From a virus, in the IMG/VR virus record IMGVR_UViG_3300032093_000017: a stretch of 64,000 bases of DNA. One strand, 5' to 3'. How positions within the stretch are numbered: position 1 is the first letter of the stretch; the number at the start of each line of letters is the position of its first letter. The position numbers and the translations under genes were made by a program. The notes below the pieces were generated by a model. It was not told the origin of the DNA. It ran no database searches and worked only from the letters and a program-made list of their open reading frames with translations. Shown in pieces: positions 1-8,953 of this stretch.

Positions 1-1356
1 AATAATCACGGAATGTATGCAGCAAATAATCAAGTAATTTTAAGTGGAATTGAATCCGATTATTCACCAGAAACTTTAGTTAGTGATTATTCTGCCACAT
101 CTACTGATAATATTGTAGTTTCTTCTGGTTCTATTTTTTCTACTTTTGAAAATGTTGGTGTTGCATCAACAAATCCAGGATATATTTTAATTGATCAAGA
201 AATTATTAAATATACTGGAGTTTCTGGAAATTCATTAACTGGAATAACAGGAAACAGAGGAATAGATGGAACAATACCAACTTTACATAAAGCAAAATCT
301 TTAGTATTTAAATATGAAATGAATGGCATTTCATTGAGAAGAATTAATAAAACACATACATTCACTGATGTTGATGTGAGTAATTATCCAATTGAAATGG
401 ATTCTTATTATTTAAAAATTGATACATCGTCAAAAACTGGAACAGACAGAACTACTGGAAGTGCTGTTGGTCCAGAACTATTCTTCAACCAATCAAAATC
501 TTGTGGTTCTTATCTAACAAATACTCCACAACTGAATTCAATAAATGGACAAAAGGCAACGCAAAATTTAGTATTTAATAGTATTAGGCCAAACATAGTC
601 ACAATGTTACCAGACACAACTTCAATTTCTGCAAAATTGAGAACAACATCTGCGACTAGTGTAAATGGAAATGAATTATCATTTATTGATTCTGGTTTTA
701 CTGATATTTCTTTAAACTCAAATAATGAATTTAATTCTTTAAAAATGATTTGCTCTAAGGTCAATGAAGAGTTTTATTTGAGTTCTTTACCTGGAAATAA
801 ATCGTTGACTATAGAAATGTCCTTACAGACCAAGGATTCTAAAGTTTCTCCTGTGATTGATTTTGATCGTGTAAGTTTAATTACTACTATGAATAGGATT
901 GATACTCCAATTAAAAATTATTTAACTGACCCAAGAGTTAATCAATTAACTGGTGATCCAAATTCAGCAATTTACTTATCAAAAATAGTAAAGTTAGAGA
1001 AATCATCAGACAACTTAAAAGTTTTATTTGATGCATACAGACATCAATCTAATGATATTAGAGTTCTTTATCGTTTATTCAGAAATGATACTCCAGACGA
1101 ACAACAAATATTTGAGTTTTTCCCAGGATATGATAATTTAGATCAAAATGGTAATATCGTAGATTCATCTAAAAATAATGGAAGACCAGATAGATTTGTG
1201 CAATCATCTAATACCATAAATGATTATGGAAATTATGAATTCACCGCAAAAAATTTGCCTTTATTTAATGGATTTCAAATTAAAATTATTATGACAGGAA
1301 CAAATCAAGCACAAGTTCCTTATATTAAAGACCTTCGTATTATTGCAACAATATGA
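1..1356 (+). CDS. C-terminal part of a large virion structural (tail/baseplate, VrlC/DUF4815-like) protein; 5' end lies outside the window
   Basis: Frame is open from base 1; Ser/Thr/Asn-rich beta-type sequence ending FQIKIIMTGTNQAQVPYIKDLRIIAT; position upstream of g13 as in cyanomyoviruses. Confidence 0.7.
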   Translation, partial: NNHGMYAANNQVILSGIESDYSPETLVSDYSATSTDNIVVSSGSIFSTFENVGVASTNPGYILIDQEIIKYTGVSGNSLTGITGNRGIDGTIPTLHKAKSLVFKYEMNGISLRRINKTHTFTDVDVSNYPIEMDSYYLKIDTSSKTGTDRTTGSAVGPELFFNQSKSCGSYLTNTPQLNSINGQKATQNLVFNSIRPNIVTMLPDTTSISAKLRTTSATSVNGNELSFIDSGFTDISLNSNNEFNSLKMICSKVNEEFYLSSLPGNKSLTIEMSLQTKDSKVSPVIDFDRVSLITTMNRIDTPIKNYLTDPRVNQLTGDPNSAIYLSKIVKLEKSSDNLKVLFDAYRHQSNDIRVLYRLFRNDTPDEQQIFEFFPGYDNLDQNGNIVDSSKNNGRPDRFVQSSNTINDYGNYEFTAKNLPLFNGFQIKIIMTGTNQAQVPYIKDLRIIATI

Positions 1357-1553
1357 TACCAGTAGAAGGACATAAAGGACTCTATAGAGATGAGACCACT
1401 AATGCAATTGTAAATTGTAATGACTATCAGTATCAAGAATATATAAAATTGAAAAATGAATCTTTGAGTGAAAAAGAAGAAATTGAAAATTTAAAAAATG
1501 AATTGTCAGAAGTTAAGAAATTGCTGAAAGATTTAATAAACAATCATTCATAA
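1353..1553 (+). CDS. conserved cyanophage hypothetical protein (coiled-coil C-terminus)
   Basis: 66 aa ORF (VEGHKGLYRDETTNAIVN) coupled to upstream gene by ATGA overlap. Confidence 0.75.
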   Translation: MIPVEGHKGLYRDETTNAIVNCNDYQYQEYIKLKNESLSEKEEIENLKNELSEVKKLLKDLINNHS

Positions 1554-1582
1554 ATACTATAAAATAAAAGTTTTTTAATATA

Positions 1583-1936
1583 ATGTCTATATACGTAGTC
1601 AATATAGTAATTCCTTCTGGTTCTGATTTTAGTCAATCATTTTTTCTTGAAAGTGATGAATCAGATTCTGCTTTTAATTTGACTAACTATAGTGTGTATT
1701 CAATGATCAAAAAAAGTCCATTATCTCTGACAACAGCAGCAAATTTCAATGCTTCTATTGTCTCCCCTCCAACTCAAGGTCAAATAATCATTTCTTTGGG
1801 ATCTAGTATTACTGCATCGTTAAAACCAGGAAGATATTCTTATGATGTTTTAATAAAAAATAATTCATCAGGATTAAAAACTAGAGTTATTGAAGGAAGT
1901 GCTTTAGTTACAGCAGGAATTACAACAACGGTGTAA
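1583..1936 (+). CDS. small virion structural protein (baseplate-upper/BppU-like beta sandwich)
   Basis: 117 aa; GRYSYDV...RVIEG motif; preceded by late promoter CATAAATA at 1549. Confidence 0.6.
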   Translation: MSIYVVNIVIPSGSDFSQSFFLESDESDSAFNLTNYSVYSMIKKSPLSLTTAANFNASIVSPPTQGQIIISLGSSITASLKPGRYSYDVLIKNNSSGLKTRVIEGSALVTAGITTTV

Positions 1937-1939
1937 AAA

Positions 1940-2755
1940 ATGGCTCAACCATCAACAAGGCAGGGATTAATTGATTATTGTTTGAGAAAACTGGGATATC
2001 CAGTTTTGGAAATAAACGTTGATGAAGATCAAATTGATGATTTGGTTGACGATGCAATTCAATATTTTAATGAAAGGCATTTTGATGGAATAGAAAGAGT
2101 ATATTTAAAACACAAATTAACTCCCGAAGAAAAAACCACAATAAGAACAGGAGTTTCTACAACCACTGCAACTAGTGGTGTTGGAATTACAGCAATTTCT
2201 TTTCAGGAATCAAATAATTTTATAAAATTACCAGATACTGTAATTGGAGTATTTAATGTCTTTAAATCAGATGCAAATACAATATCCAGTGGGTTGTTTA
2301 ATATAAAATATCAGTTATTTTTGAATGATTTATATTATTATGGAGCATTGGACCTGTTAAATTATGCAATGGTAAAAACTCATCTTGAAGATATTAGTAG
2401 AATTATCACTCCAGATGTTCAATTGAGATTCAATAAAAAACAACACAGATTATATTTGGATATTGATTGGGCTATGGTTAATGAAAATAGTTATATTATT
2501 ATTGATTGCTTTAGAATTGTTGATCCATCAGATTTTCCAAAAGTTTACAATGACTGGTGGATAAAAAAATATTTAACTGCACTCATTAAAAGGCAGTGGG
2601 GTCAAAATCTCATTAAATTTAATGGTGTCCAACTTCCAGGCGGAATTACTTTAAATGGAAGACAAATTTATGATGATGCAATTTTGGAAATAGAAAAACT
2701 TGAAGAAAAACTTCATAATGAATATGAATTACCACCAATGGATATGATCGGATAA
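1940..2755 (+). CDS. g13: neck protein gp13
   Basis: YCLRKLGYPVLEINVDEDQIDD, KRQWGQNLIKF, LPGGITLNG motifs. Confidence 0.95.
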   Translation: MAQPSTRQGLIDYCLRKLGYPVLEINVDEDQIDDLVDDAIQYFNERHFDGIERVYLKHKLTPEEKTTIRTGVSTTTATSGVGITAISFQESNNFIKLPDTVIGVFNVFKSDANTISSGLFNIKYQLFLNDLYYYGALDLLNYAMVKTHLEDISRIITPDVQLRFNKKQHRLYLDIDWAMVNENSYIIIDCFRIVDPSDFPKVYNDWWIKKYLTALIKRQWGQNLIKFNGVQLPGGITLNGRQIYDDAILEIEKLEEKLHNEYELPPMDMIG

Positions 2756-4131
2756 TGTCACCATTAAATCCTTATTTCTTACACGGTTCATCAAGTGAAC
2801 AAAGACTTGTCCAAGACTTAATCAATGAGCAATTGAGAATGTATGGTCAAGATGTTGTTTATATGCCAAGAAAATTAATTAATGAAAAATCTATCATTAA
2901 AGAGGCAATTGTTTCTAAGTTTGATGATAGTTTTAGAATAGAAGCATATGTAATGAATTTTGAAGGTTTTGGGGGACAAGGTGATATTTTAAGTAAATTT
3001 GGAGTAAGAACAACGGATGAATTAAATTTAATCATATCAAAAGAAAGATATGAAGATTTTATTTCCCCATTTTTGGTTTCAGATCAAAAAGTAAAAGTTG
3101 CTACAAGACCACAAGAAGGAGACCTTATTTATTTTCCTCTTGATAATTCTTTGTTTGAAATTAAATATGTAGAAGGAAAACAACCATTTTATCAATTGAA
3201 TAATTTATATGTTTATCAATTGAAGTGTGAGATATTTGAATATGAAGATGAAAACATTTCAACAACAATTGAAGAAATTGATAAATCTGTTCAAGAGTTT
3301 GGGTACATTCAAACAATTACAATGGTAAGTTCCGGTGCAACTGCTGCATCGGCAAGTATTTCAAATTTACCATCACCAAGTTCTCTTCAATATATTGATC
3401 TAATTAATGATGGAACTGGGTATTTGACAACTCCAACAATTCGTATTGAAAAAGCACCTGTTGGTGGAACAGACGCATCAGCAGTTGCAATTATGACATA
3501 TAGACCACCAAGAAATGGTAGCTCTATAGATAAAATTTTACTCATAAATCCTGGAGCAGGATATACAGTACCACCAAAAGTTGAAATATTAAGTGATACT
3601 GGAACTGGTGGAATCGCAACAGCAGTCATTTCTAATGGTTCTCTTGGACAAATATCAATATTAACTAATGGATCTGGATATTCTTCTGCACCAACTGTTT
3701 CAATATCTTCTGCACCTTCTGGTGGCACAAATGCAACTGCATTGGCATTTATAAATTCTTCCGGAATAGTTACAGCAATTAGGTATACAAATACCGGTGC
3801 TGGATACACTTCACTCCCATCTATTACATTGTCCTCTCCTGTTGGAACTTCCACTGGAAACTTTATATTTAATGAGTCAATCAGAGGAGTTTCTACAGGG
3901 ACAACAGCATATGTTAAAGATTGGGATGCAGACACCAAAGTCCTTAAAGTTTCAATTGCAAATGGAAACTTTGCTCTTGGTGAATTAATAGTTGGTTCTA
4001 ATGCAACTCATAAAGTATTTTCAATTCAATCTGATGATTTGTATGACCCATATGCTCAAAATACTGAAATAGAAAATGAATCAGATTCAATGTTAGACTT
4101 CTCTCAAAGAAATCCATTTGGTGATTACTAG
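2755..4131 (+). CDS. g14: neck protein gp14 with internal repeat insertion
   Basis: NPYF..EQRLVQDLINEQLRMYG, PQEGDLIYFP, C-terminal DFSQRNPFG; four N.G.GY...P repeats in the middle. Confidence 0.93.
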   Translation: MSPLNPYFLHGSSSEQRLVQDLINEQLRMYGQDVVYMPRKLINEKSIIKEAIVSKFDDSFRIEAYVMNFEGFGGQGDILSKFGVRTTDELNLIISKERYEDFISPFLVSDQKVKVATRPQEGDLIYFPLDNSLFEIKYVEGKQPFYQLNNLYVYQLKCEIFEYEDENISTTIEEIDKSVQEFGYIQTITMVSSGATAASASISNLPSPSSLQYIDLINDGTGYLTTPTIRIEKAPVGGTDASAVAIMTYRPPRNGSSIDKILLINPGAGYTVPPKVEILSDTGTGGIATAVISNGSLGQISILTNGSGYSSAPTVSISSAPSGGTNATALAFINSSGIVTAIRYTNTGAGYTSLPSITLSSPVGTSTGNFIFNESIRGVSTGTTAYVKDWDADTKVLKVSIANGNFALGELIVGSNATHKVFSIQSDDLYDPYAQNTEIENESDSMLDFSQRNPFGDY

Positions 4132-4166
4132 TTATTAATTACTAAATAATTATAAAGTGTTTGATT

Positions 4167-5225
4167 ATGTTAGGAAATTATAGTTATCACGAAATTATAA
4201 GAAAGACGGTTATATCTTTTGGTACGCTTTTTAATAATATTTTAATCAAACACGAAGAGCAAGATGGAACTGATTATAGTTTAATCAAAGTTCCCATTGC
4301 GTATGGACCAATACAGAAGTTTTTAGCAAGATTAGAACAGAAGCCAGACTTGAGAAAAAGAGTTGCATTGACTCTTCCTCGTATGTCTTTTGAATTAACT
4401 AGTATCAATTATGATGCAAGCAGAAAGGTATCTACGGTACAAACATTCAAAACATTAAATTCCGAGAATCAAAATAAAGCAATAAAAGTTTATATGCCAG
4501 TCCCATACAATTTGGGAATAAAATTAAGCATAATGGCAAAATATAATGATGATATGCTCCAAATTTTGGAGCAAATTTTGCCATTTTTCCAACCATCATT
4601 TAGTTTAACTATTGATTTAGTATCATCCATTGGAGAAAAAAAAGATGTTCCAATGATATTGGAAAATATTCAAATGGAAGATAATTACGAAAGTGACTTT
4701 ACCACAAGAAGAGTTTTAGTTTATACTCTAAATTTTGTTGCCAAAACTTATATTTTTGGACCAATTGCAGATAGTACAGAAGGTTTAATTAAAAAAGTGC
4801 AAGTTGATTACTATACGGATACAAATATAAAAAATTCATCAAGACAGTTGAGATACACAGCAACACCAAGAGCAATTAAAGATTACAATAATGATAATAC
4901 AAATACACTAACAGAAGATATTAATGAGTATGTTACAAAAATTTCTGTTTCTGATGCTTCACTACTGAGCGAAAATACTTACATTATGATAGAAAAAGAA
5001 GAATTACTCATTAAATCTATTGAAGGAAATGACTTAACAGTATTAAGGGGACAAGACGGAACAACGGCAGTTCCGCATTTAATTAATTCTTCAATTGATG
5101 TAATAAATGCGGTTGATGATAGTTTAGTTGAACCAGAAGATGATTTTGGATTTAATGAAAGTTATTTTGATTTTGGTGATGGAAAAATTTATAGTCCAAC
5201 AAAAGGAATAGATGTATCATTATGA
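4167..5225 (+). CDS. g15: tail sheath stabiliser/completion protein gp15
   Basis: YHEIIRKTVISFGTLFNNI, KVPIAYGP, LPRMSFE, LQILEQILPFFQP. Confidence 0.95.
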   Translation: MLGNYSYHEIIRKTVISFGTLFNNILIKHEEQDGTDYSLIKVPIAYGPIQKFLARLEQKPDLRKRVALTLPRMSFELTSINYDASRKVSTVQTFKTLNSENQNKAIKVYMPVPYNLGIKLSIMAKYNDDMLQILEQILPFFQPSFSLTIDLVSSIGEKKDVPMILENIQMEDNYESDFTTRRVLVYTLNFVAKTYIFGPIADSTEGLIKKVQVDYYTDTNIKNSSRQLRYTATPRAIKDYNNDNTNTLTEDINEYVTKISVSDASLLSENTYIMIEKEELLIKSIEGNDLTVLRGQDGTTAVPHLINSSIDVINAVDDSLVEPEDDFGFNESYFDFGDGKIYSPTKGIDVSL

Positions 5226-5644
5226 CAAGTAAATTTGAAAATATAGACGAAGCATTAGAAATAGAAGCAACTTCTGTATCAAAAGAAATTGTAAAAAAAT
5301 CAAAAGAAGCAATAGCAAGACCAATCTCTGGAGAAGAAAGTGATAAGGATTATGAATACACACGAGGAAATTTGTATTCATTGATTGAAAAGGGTCAAGA
5401 AGCAATTGATAGTATTATGGATTTAGCACAACAAAGTGATAGTCCAAGAGCATATGAAGTTGCAGGTCAATTAATTAAAAATGTTGGTGATGTGACTGAT
5501 AAGTTAATTGATTTGCAGCATAAAATGAAAAAACTTAAAGAAGAAGATGCTAGAGGTCCTTCTACCGTTAATAACTCTGTTTTTATTGGTTCCACTGCGG
5601 ATCTCCAAAAATTACTCAAACAAGGATTTGCCGACAATAAATAG
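5222..5644 (+). CDS. g16: terminase small subunit gp16
   Basis: DYEYTRGNL, SDSPRAYEVAGQLIK, NNSVFIGSTADLQKLL. Confidence 0.95.
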   Translation: MTSKFENIDEALEIEATSVSKEIVKKSKEAIARPISGEESDKDYEYTRGNLYSLIEKGQEAIDSIMDLAQQSDSPRAYEVAGQLIKNVGDVTDKLIDLQHKMKKLKEEDARGPSTVNNSVFIGSTADLQKLLKQGFADNK

Positions 5645-5654
5645 TTCAAAAACT

Positions 5655-6833
5655 ATGAAAACTTTTTCACAATTTCTTTTAGAAGCAACTGACCCAAAGG
5701 GACCCATTAAGAAATATATGTCCTTAGAAGAGATTGCGAAAAAGCATAAAATCTCAATGAAAACTTTAAGTTCCCAATTAGAGATGGGAATTAAAGTAGA
5801 AAGTGAACATACTGGAAGCAAAAGAATGGCAAAAATGATTGCCCTTCAACACTTAGAAGAACTGCCCGATTATTATACAAGATTGAAGAAAGCAGAAAAA
5901 ATTAAAGAAGAAACTGCATCTGGTGATGAAACTCTTGGGGATTGGTTTAGGAAATCCGACGCAATAGACCCCAAAACTGGAAGAAAAGTTCCGGGGTGGC
6001 GTCAGATTGGTGGACCATTTGCTGGTGCTCCTTGTGCTCGTCAACCTGGACAAACTTCTACTCCAAAATGCGGAAGTTCCAAGATGGCAGCAAACTTATC
6101 AGATGAAGAAGAGGATAAAGCATTTAGAAGAAAAAATAAAAAAGATCCAAATCAACCACAAAAATCTGGTTCTGCAAAACCAACTAATGTTGCAACAGAA
6201 GAAACTATTATTGAGAAAAAAGATGCTTGCTACCATAAAGTAAAATCTAGATATAGAGTTTGGCCTTCTGCTTATGCTTCTGGTGCTTTGGTTAAGTGCC
6301 GTAAGGTTGGTGCAGATAGTTGGGGAACAAAAACAGAAAGTACTGATGCTCTTGCATATGATTGGGATGGACCAATATATCAAGGGGAAAAGAGATATTG
6401 TCCCAACTGCCAAAAGATGGAATATATGAAAGAGTGCAAATATGGTCCAAAGTATTGGTTGTTATATTCTTCTGCAGTTGAACCGACATTTCCCACGATT
6501 CAAATTTATAATAAAAAATATGACCCAAATAGACCCCATCCAGCAAATGAGGAAGTAAAATACAATTACTCTGACAATAAAATAAAAAATATCCGAGAAA
6601 TATATACTAGAATACAATCAAGAGGTTCAACTTATACTATAATTTTTAATTGGAGAGGAAGATCTCTTTCATCTCAAATGTTTTTCCCCCAATTCACTAG
6701 ACCATCAAAACCACAGGTGACTTATGAACTGAGAAAAATATACCCAGGTGCTATTGTTTTAACTTTCAACCCTGCACCAAAAGACCCAACAAAACCTTTA
6801 TTATTTACAGGAGAATTAGATGGATCCAGATAA
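5655..6833 (+). CDS. modular hypothetical protein, putative internal head protein (DUF5661-like module and others)
   Basis: ATG at 5655 after late promoter ATAAATA; N-terminus MKTFSQFLLE resembles the T4 capsid-targeting sequence; GIKVESEH...HLEELPDYYTRL and KKDACYHKVKSRYRVWPSAYASG modules. Confidence 0.7.
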   Translation: MKTFSQFLLEATDPKGPIKKYMSLEEIAKKHKISMKTLSSQLEMGIKVESEHTGSKRMAKMIALQHLEELPDYYTRLKKAEKIKEETASGDETLGDWFRKSDAIDPKTGRKVPGWRQIGGPFAGAPCARQPGQTSTPKCGSSKMAANLSDEEEDKAFRRKNKKDPNQPQKSGSAKPTNVATEETIIEKKDACYHKVKSRYRVWPSAYASGALVKCRKVGADSWGTKTESTDALAYDWDGPIYQGEKRYCPNCQKMEYMKECKYGPKYWLLYSSAVEPTFPTIQIYNKKYDPNRPHPANEEVKYNYSDNKIKNIREIYTRIQSRGSTYTIIFNWRGRSLSSQMFFPQFTRPSKPQVTYELRKIYPGAIVLTFNPAPKDPTKPLLFTGELDGSR

Positions 6834-7008
6834 AATTATTCTTGATTGTTTATCTAAAAATTTTGAATATGAAAGGATTTCAAGAGAATTAGATACTTGC
6901 GAAAATATAGAACAAGTAAAAGATATAGCAAAATCATTTGTTAAATTATATTTGAAGCAACAAGAAGTTATGACACAAATTGGTATAATTGATGGAAAAA
7001 CATTATAA
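6820..7008 (+). CDS. small helical protein, possibly NblA-like
   Basis: 62 aa helix-loop-helix pattern L..LS..F...EQVKD...VKLY..Q. Confidence 0.55.
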   Translation: MDPDKIILDCLSKNFEYERISRELDTCENIEQVKDIAKSFVKLYLKQQEVMTQIGIIDGKTL

Positions 7009-8638
7009 GGGAAATCCCAATCTAAAAGCAGAAAATGTTCAAATTGAATTTACGACAGAACAAATTCAAGAATACTTAAAATGCAAAAGTGACCCAATTC
7101 ATTTTGCAAAAAATTATGTAAGAATTGTCTCTCTTGATCACGGATTAGTTCCGTTTGATATGTATGATTTTCAAGAAGAATTGATTACAAACTTTCACGA
7201 GAATAGATTTAATATTGCAAAATTACCAAGGCAAACAGGTAAATCTACGACTGTTGTTTCATATTTGTTGCATTATGCTCTCTTCAATGACAACATAAGA
7301 ATCGCAATTCTAGCAAACAAAGCAGAAACTGCAAGAGAACTTTTAGGTAGATTGCAATTATCTTATGAAAATTTACCAAAGTGGTTGCAGCAGGGTGTTG
7401 GTTCTTGGAATAAAGGTTCGTTGGAACTTGAAAATGGTTCCAAAATTGTAGCAGCATCTACCTCATCTTCTGCCGTCCGAGGAAACTCTTTTAATATTAT
7501 TTTCTTGGACGAATTTGCATTCATTCCAAATCATATTGCAGAGCAGTTCTTCTCTTCTGTGTATCCTACTATTTCTTCGGGACAGAGTACAAAGGTTATT
7601 ATCATCTCAACTCCAAATGGGATGAATATGTTTTATAAACTTTGGCACGATGCAGAAAGAGGAAAGAATGGTTATGTTCCACTAGAAGTCCATTGGTCTG
7701 CGGTGCCTGGAAGAGATGCAGAGTGGAAACGGCAAACAATTGCGAATACTTCCGAAAGACAATTCACACAAGAGTTTGAGTGCGAATTTTTGGGGTCTGT
7801 TGATACTTTGATTACTCCATCAAAACTTAGAATGATGGTTTATGATGATCCATTAACCAGAAATAAAGGATTGGATGTTTATGAAGAACCACAAGAAAAA
7901 AATACTTATTTAATGACTGTAGATGTTTCTCGTGGAATGAGTAATGACTATTCTGCATTTATTGTATTTGATATTAGTCAATTCCCATATAAGGTAGTCG
8001 CAAAATATAGAAATAATGAAATTAAACCTATGCTTTTTCCAAATATCATTCACGAAGTCGCAAAAGCTTATAATAAAGCATTTGTCCTCACTGAAGTAAA
8101 TGATATCGGGGAACAGGTATCAAGTATTTTGCATTTTGATTTAGAATATGACAATATTTTGATGTGCTCTATGAGAGGTCGTGCAGGTCAATTGGTTGGT
8201 CAAGGATTTTCCGGAAAGAAAACTCAATTGGGAATTAAAATGTCCAAAACCGTCAAAAAAGTTGGATGTTCAAACTTAAAAACAATCATTGAAGATGATA
8301 AATTATTAATAAAAGATTATGATATTATTAGTGAATTGACAACTTTTATTCAAAAAAGTCAATCTTTTGAGGCAGAAGAAGGTTGCAATGATGACCTTGC
8401 GATGTGTCTTGTAATTTTTGCTTGGTTGGTCGTTCAGGACTATTTTAAAGAGATGACTGACAACGATGTTCGTAAAAGAATTTACGAAGATCAAAGGGAT
8501 CAAATAGAACAAGATATGGCACCATTTGGATTTTTATCAGATGGATTAAGTGAAGAAACTTCTTTTGTTGATGAAGATGGAGATAGATGGCATTTGGACG
8601 AATATGGAGATAGATCATATATGTGGGAATACAGATAA
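6992..8638 (+). CDS. g17: terminase large subunit gp17
   Basis: PRQTGKST Walker A, IIFLDEFAF Walker B, ISTPNG, nuclease motifs VDVSRG and DDLAM. Confidence 0.98.
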   Translation: MEKHYKGNPNLKAENVQIEFTTEQIQEYLKCKSDPIHFAKNYVRIVSLDHGLVPFDMYDFQEELITNFHENRFNIAKLPRQTGKSTTVVSYLLHYALFNDNIRIAILANKAETARELLGRLQLSYENLPKWLQQGVGSWNKGSLELENGSKIVAASTSSSAVRGNSFNIIFLDEFAFIPNHIAEQFFSSVYPTISSGQSTKVIIISTPNGMNMFYKLWHDAERGKNGYVPLEVHWSAVPGRDAEWKRQTIANTSERQFTQEFECEFLGSVDTLITPSKLRMMVYDDPLTRNKGLDVYEEPQEKNTYLMTVDVSRGMSNDYSAFIVFDISQFPYKVVAKYRNNEIKPMLFPNIIHEVAKAYNKAFVLTEVNDIGEQVSSILHFDLEYDNILMCSMRGRAGQLVGQGFSGKKTQLGIKMSKTVKKVGCSNLKTIIEDDKLLIKDYDIISELTTFIQKSQSFEAEEGCNDDLAMCLVIFAWLVVQDYFKEMTDNDVRKRIYEDQRDQIEQDMAPFGFLSDGLSEETSFVDEDGDRWHLDEYGDRSYMWEYR

Positions 8639-8869
8639 ATGAATATAAGTGACCAATTTGAATTAGAGCACTTATTTTTAACAGAGAGAAAATGCAGAGT
8701 ATGTAAAGAAATAAAAGATTTAATTGATGGTTTTTATTTAACTCGCAAAGGAAGGGGGGACATACCGTCAGCATATTCATATGAATGTAAAAATTGTACA
8801 GTAAAAAGAATTATACAAAGTAGGAAAAAAATTAGAAATATACCAAATTGGGAATATCCAGATTGGTAA
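8639..8869 (+). CDS. small Zn-finger protein (CxxC...CxxC) conserved downstream of g17
   Basis: CRVC and CKNC pairs; C-terminal WEYPDW. Confidence 0.7.
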   Translation: MNISDQFELEHLFLTERKCRVCKEIKDLIDGFYLTRKGRGDIPSAYSYECKNCTVKRIIQSRKKIRNIPNWEYPDW

Positions 8870-8907
8870 TGTTCACGGGTGGTTTCCCCATTGTAACGTA
8901 TCTAATT

Positions 8908-8915
8908 TATAAATA
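8908..8915 (+). promoter_or_regulatory. T4-type late promoter for g18
   Basis: TATAAATA about 40 nt upstream of the g18 ATG with GAGGGG RBS. Confidence 0.85.
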
Positions 8916-8953
8916 CTTCTAGGCAAAATGAACTTCTTAACGAGGGGAAACAA

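Noticed and set aside
3390-3850. Four imperfect repeats within g14
   Set aside because: Protein-level N.G.GY...P repeats typical of enlarged cyanophage gp14; not novel
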